A stretch of DNA of 64,000 bases from a plasmid. The stretch is from sequence record NZ_CP044080.1. One strand, given 5' to 3'. Numbering within the stretch: position 1 is the first letter of the stretch; each line of letters opens with the position of its first letter. The translations under genes and the position numbers were made by a program. Below, one piece after another: positions 60,461 through 64,000 of the stretch. The notes beneath the pieces were generated by a model that worked only from the letters and a program-made list of their open reading frames with translations, was not told the origin of the DNA and did not search any database.

Positions 60461-61231
60461 ATGGATCGGGACATGCCGGCGGGCCGCGAACGCAAGCTGA
60501 CCCGGATCAAGCTGTCGGACCAGATCGCCGAGGACCTGCGCCGCCGCATCGCCCGCGACGGGCTGCGCCCCGGCGACCGCCTGCCGCACGAGCGCGCGCT
60601 GATCGAGCATTACGGCTGCTCCAAGGGGACCATGCGCGAGGCGCTGAAAGCGCTGGAAGTCGAGGGGCTGGTGCGGATGCTGTCAGGGCCCAACGGCGGA
60701 CCCGAGATCCAGCACGCCTCGATCGACATCGTGACCCAGCAGCTGCGACAATACCTGCATTTCCAGAAGCTGGACTTCGCCCATGTCTACGCGCTGCGCC
60801 AGTCGCTCGAGGTGGCGCTGGCGCGCAACGTAACCGGCCGGCTGAGCCCGGGCCAGATGGACCGGCTGGCGGAAAACATCCGCATCTGCGAGACGGCCAA
60901 TGCCGCCCGCGACCGCGCCGTGGTCCGCAGCGCCGAGACCGAGTTCCACGACATCCTCTGCGAGGCGTCGGACAACGTGATCCTGGTCTTCATGTGCCGT
61001 TTCCTGAACAGCATGCTGCGCGACCTGGTCAGCTATCGCAGCGACAGCATGCGCGAGCACGAGCATTTCGGCGAGGCGAATATCGAAAGCCACAAGCAAC
61101 TGCTGGCCGCCTTCTGGGCCGGCGACGCCGAGGCCGCGGGCAAGATCATGCACGACCATATGTGCTGCGCCGAAGGCTACATGCGACGGCTGGACGCCTC
61201 GTTCCGCTCAGACCTGCTGAGCCGGTTCTGA
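60461..61231 (+). CDS. GntR/FadR-family (FCD) transcriptional regulator
   Basis: GntR wHTH (ERALIEHYGCSKGTMREALKALEVEGLV) plus FCD domain. Confidence 0.85.
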   Translation: MDRDMPAGRERKLTRIKLSDQIAEDLRRRIARDGLRPGDRLPHERALIEHYGCSKGTMREALKALEVEGLVRMLSGPNGGPEIQHASIDIVTQQLRQYLHFQKLDFAHVYALRQSLEVALARNVTGRLSPGQMDRLAENIRICETANAARDRAVVRSAETEFHDILCEASDNVILVFMCRFLNSMLRDLVSYRSDSMREHEHFGEANIESHKQLLAAFWAGDAEAAGKIMHDHMCCAEGYMRRLDASFRSDLLSRF

Positions 61232-61752
61232 CGGTCGCCGGGCGGTGGGGCAGCCTGGGTCATCCCCGCCACAGGTCCACCGAGGCGGGCACAGCCGCCA
61301 TGACTTCGGCCAGCACCGAGACGGCCAGCTGCCGCGGATTGCGGGTCGAACGGATCATGCCGATGGGGCCGCGCAGCCGGCTGCTCAGTCTTGTCGCCAC
61401 AGGTTCCGCTCTACGCCGTTTCGCGGTAGGGCGATCCGTCGCCCACCCTGCATCGCTTCATCGCCATCATCCGCGAAGAGGTCGGCGAGAGCGCGCCGAT
61501 GGCCCTGGCGAACTGAGGTCATGTTTTGTCCTTTGGCCGATGGCTGATTGATGTCATGCGCGTTAATGCGCAGCAGCCTAAGCTGGCCCCGCAAACCCGC
61601 CGAAATGTCGCCATCCGTGATCTTGGCACTTTCTCGGTTGCCGCGAGTTACAACCTCAGGTTCAGATCGTCAGGGTCGCGAACCATGTGAGATGAACGAT
61701 TGCACGACAGGTTGCTTGCGACTTTCATGAGCTTCCGCGGGAGGCGGATCCA

Positions 61753-62964
61753 ATGTCCTTTGCATCTGCATATGAACGCTATTTCGTCGGTCTGGTGAAC
61801 CAGGCCCGTCAGGCCGAGGGGCACTCGGCTTTGCGCATCGACAAAAGGCTGAACGACTCGTCCGAGGGCCACAGCCGCTGGATGCTGCAGGCCGACGTCT
61901 TCTCGCATACCGGCCAGGGTGGCTCATCCTCGCGCGAGCGGATCGAGGCGGCGGGCTTTCCGCTGGTCGGCGACTGGCACACCGCCGAAAACATCGCCTA
62001 TGTCGGCATCTCGGGCGAGGGTGACCTGAAGGACGAGATCCGGGCCCTGCACCGGATGCTGCTGGAAAGCCCCGGCCACTATGCCAATATCATGGGCGAC
62101 AGCGCCTATATCGGCATCGGTCTTGAAGTTGGCTATCTTCGTGTCAACGGCCAGAACCATCGGGTCCTGATGGCGACGCAGAACTTCGGCGACACCGATG
62201 GCCAGTTGCGCATCGATACCGGGACCTTCACCAAGGTCCCGGACCCCGGTTCCAGCCTGACTATGTCCACCCGGGCCCAATGGCTGCAGGACTTTGACGG
62301 CAATGTCTTTGTAACCCCTGGCCCATCGCAGGCGACGGTCCGGAACGACGACTATCGCCTGACGGCACGCAATGACGTGGCCTGGGCGGCCGCGGGCAAT
62401 GACTGGATGGATGGAGGGGCGGGAAATGATCGCCTGGCAGGCGGGGCGGGAAATGACCGCCTGATCGGCGGGCTGGGCTTTGACACCCTTCAGGGCGGCG
62501 CCGGGAAAGACACGCTGCAGGGCGATTATGGCAATGACAACCTGGGCGGAAACGAAGGGAACGACCAGCTGCGGGGCGGTGCGGGCGAGGACCTTCTGGC
62601 GGGCCATGCCGGAAACGACTGGCTGATCGGCAATGAAGGGCGCGACACGCTTTATGGCGGTGACGGCAATGACACCCTGCAGGGCGGGCCGGGTAACGAC
62701 ATGCTGATCGGAGGACCGGGCGCGGACGTGTTCATCTTTCGCGCGGGCCAAGGCGCCGACACGATCAGCGGCTATCAGCGCGGTGTCGACCGCCTGCTGA
62801 TCGGCGATGCGCTGCTGGATGACAACCCTGCTGCATTCATCCGGGACCACATGTCAAAAACCGCCACAGGGGTGGTCCTTGACTTTGGCAACGCCGGGCG
62901 CATCGTCGTCAACGGGCCGAACCTGACAGTGGCGGGCGTGGCGGACGACATCTTCTCGATCTGA
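61753..62964 (+). CDS. secreted CAP (SCP/PR-1-like) domain protein with C-terminal RTX calcium-binding repeats (probable T1SS substrate)
   Basis: N-terminal CAP-like region (…HSRWMLQADVFSHTGQ…GHYANIMG…), then ≥8 tandem GGxGxDxL nonapeptides (GGAGNDRLAGGAGNDRLIGGLGFDTLQGGAGKDTLQGDYGNDNLGGNEGNDQL…); SD GGGAGG. Confidence 0.75.
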   Translation: MSFASAYERYFVGLVNQARQAEGHSALRIDKRLNDSSEGHSRWMLQADVFSHTGQGGSSSRERIEAAGFPLVGDWHTAENIAYVGISGEGDLKDEIRALHRMLLESPGHYANIMGDSAYIGIGLEVGYLRVNGQNHRVLMATQNFGDTDGQLRIDTGTFTKVPDPGSSLTMSTRAQWLQDFDGNVFVTPGPSQATVRNDDYRLTARNDVAWAAAGNDWMDGGAGNDRLAGGAGNDRLIGGLGFDTLQGGAGKDTLQGDYGNDNLGGNEGNDQLRGGAGEDLLAGHAGNDWLIGNEGRDTLYGGDGNDTLQGGPGNDMLIGGPGADVFIFRAGQGADTISGYQRGVDRLLIGDALLDDNPAAFIRDHMSKTATGVVLDFGNAGRIVVNGPNLTVAGVADDIFSI

Positions 62965-63144
62965 GGCGCGACCGCCAGAGCCTGGCCGGGAGCTGGAGGA
63001 CCGAACCTGGATGTTTCGACTGCCCTCGGCCGCACCAGACCAAGGCGCGCGCGGTGTGTTTCTGACCGACCCCCGGCACGAGCCGTTGCGCTGTTGATTT
63101 CCACCGAGACGTGATCCGGTTCGGGCGATAATTTCCATTGAGAG

Positions 63145-63319
63145 TTGACCCATGTGACCCTTCCCCCAACGCGGCGAGCGACGGGGGGCCAAGGAGTGAT
63201 CCACATGGGACTTTTGAATGTCATCCGCCGAATGGCGCTGCGAGAGAAGCTTCCGATCCGCGAGATTGCTCGCCGGACTGGTCTGTCGCGCAACACCATC
63301 AAGAAGTATCTTAACGCTG
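63145..63319 (+). mobile_element. istA: remnant 5' end of an IS21-family element (truncated istA N-terminus)
   Basis: The ORF encodes MGLLNVIRRMALREKLPIREIARRTGLSRNTIKKYL, the IstA N-terminal HTH, and stops after 67 codons where the IS3-family end begins. Confidence 0.45.
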
Positions 63320-63360
63320 TGAACTGCCCCGGGTTTACCGGAGAGTAGAGCACTCAAAGG

Positions 63361-63702
63361 ATGAGCCCTATGACGAAGCAAAGATTCACCCCCGCCTATC
63401 CGGCCGAACTGCGCGAACGCGGTGTTCGGCTTTTCCGCGAGAACCGCGGCGACTACGCCAGCGACAGTGCGGCCTACAAGGCGATCGCGCCGAAGCTTGG
63501 CTGCTCTCCCGACAGTCTGCGCGTCTGGTGCCAGCAGGCGGAGCGTGACCGCGGAGAGCGCGGCGGGCTGACGAGCGCGGAGAAGGACCGGATCAAGGAA
63601 CTGGAACGCGAGGTGCGGGAGCTTCGCACCGCCAATGAGATCCTGAAGAAGGCCAGCGCATATTTCGCTGCGGCGGAGCTCGACCGCCCGTTCCGCAAAT
63701 GA
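63361..63702 (+). CDS. IS3-family transposase OrfA (HTH + leucine zipper)
   Basis: MTKQRFTPAYPAELRERGVRLFRE…LGCSPDSLRVWCQQAE…KELEREVRELRTANEILKKASAYFAAAELD is canonical IS3 OrfA. Confidence 0.8.
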   Translation: MSPMTKQRFTPAYPAELRERGVRLFRENRGDYASDSAAYKAIAPKLGCSPDSLRVWCQQAERDRGERGGLTSAEKDRIKELEREVRELRTANEILKKASAYFAAAELDRPFRK

Positions 63703-64000
63703 TCGCGTTTCTCGACGATCACCGTGGCGTCTTTGGTGTCGGGCCGATCTGCCGGGTTCTGGGGATCGCACCATCGACGTTCTACAGTTTCAAGGCTGTG
63801 GAGCGTGATCCCACCCTGGCATCGGATCGGGCCAGGCAGGACCAGAAGGACATGACTGCCATCAAGCAGATATTCGACGGCAGCAGAGGCCGATATGGCG
63901 CGCGTAAGGTTTGGCACCAGTTGCGCCGCGAAGGGTGCGACATCGCCCGTTGCACAGTGGAGCGGCTGATGAAGGTCATGGGGTTGCAAGGCGTTGTGCG
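63699..64000 (+). CDS. IS3-family transposase OrfB (integrase catalytic subunit), partial, -1 frame relative to orfA
   Basis: MIAFLDDHRGVFGVGPICRVLGIAPSTFY…DQKDMTAIKQIFDGSRGRYGARKVWHQLRREG matches the IS3 OrfB N-terminus; the ATG overlaps the orfA stop (AAATGA). Confidence 0.7.
   Translation, partial: MIAFLDDHRGVFGVGPICRVLGIAPSTFYSFKAVERDPTLASDRARQDQKDMTAIKQIFDGSRGRYGARKVWHQLRREGCDIARCTVERLMKVMGLQGVV

Larger units (their letters stand above)
63320..64000 (+). mobile_element. IS3-family insertion sequence (left end and orfA/orfB; runs off the window)
   Basis: Terminal TGAACTGCCCCGGGTTTACCGGAGAG (the IS3-family TGA… end) followed by orfA and a -1-frame orfB. Confidence 0.7.

Noticed and set aside
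63690-63705. Classic IS3 A-AAA-AAG programmed -1 frameshift heptamer at the orfA/orfB junction
   Set aside because: Only AAATGA is present (orfA stop overlapping the orfB ATG). Frameshifting may still occur at a non-canonical site, or orfB is initiated independently. This cannot be decided from sequence alone.

Overview
This is a 64 kb chromosomal segment of a high-GC alphaproteobacterium (Rhodobacterales/Paracoccus-like, judged from codon usage and gene content). It is almost entirely coding. From start to end it carries: (1) a low-GC sulfotransferase-containing region at the 5' end; (2) a TerC membrane protein, a periplasmic phosphatase, a NarL-type two-component pair and a secreted COG4315 repeat protein; (3) a membrane PQQ glucose dehydrogenase; (4) an alternative cytochrome c oxidase cluster (CtaG, a short CoxII, fused CoxI+III, a DUF2231 protein); (5) the classic divergent katG-oxyR pair; (6) a hexuronate utilisation locus (kduD, kduI, kdgF-like cupin, TRAP dctPQM, uxaC, GntR); (7) ada, an IclR regulator, and an AI-2E transporter fused to extra domains; (8) a CoA-transferase/glutaryl-CoA dehydrogenase pair with a LysR regulator; (9) a TetR-controlled RND efflux operon; (10) the most unusual element, an uncharacterised four-gene membrane operon at 39.5-43.8 kb that pairs a MotA/ExbB-like proton channel carrying a coiled-coil tail and a MotB/OmpA-like anchor with a 4-TM coiled-coil protein and a membrane-anchored vWA-like protein; (11) a DeoR-regulated pentose/pentitol island in which the D-lyxose isomerase is broken by a perfect 106-bp tandem duplication; (12) a Liv-type ABC transporter with an M20 amidohydrolase, an M81 peptidase and a GntR regulator; (13) a secreted CAP-domain/RTX-repeat protein next to a nested IS insertion (an IS3-family element inside an IS21 istA remnant) at the 3' end. 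I found no rRNA, tRNA or CRISPR. Several long ORFs in the six-frame track are antisense shadows of real genes, which is expected at this GC content.
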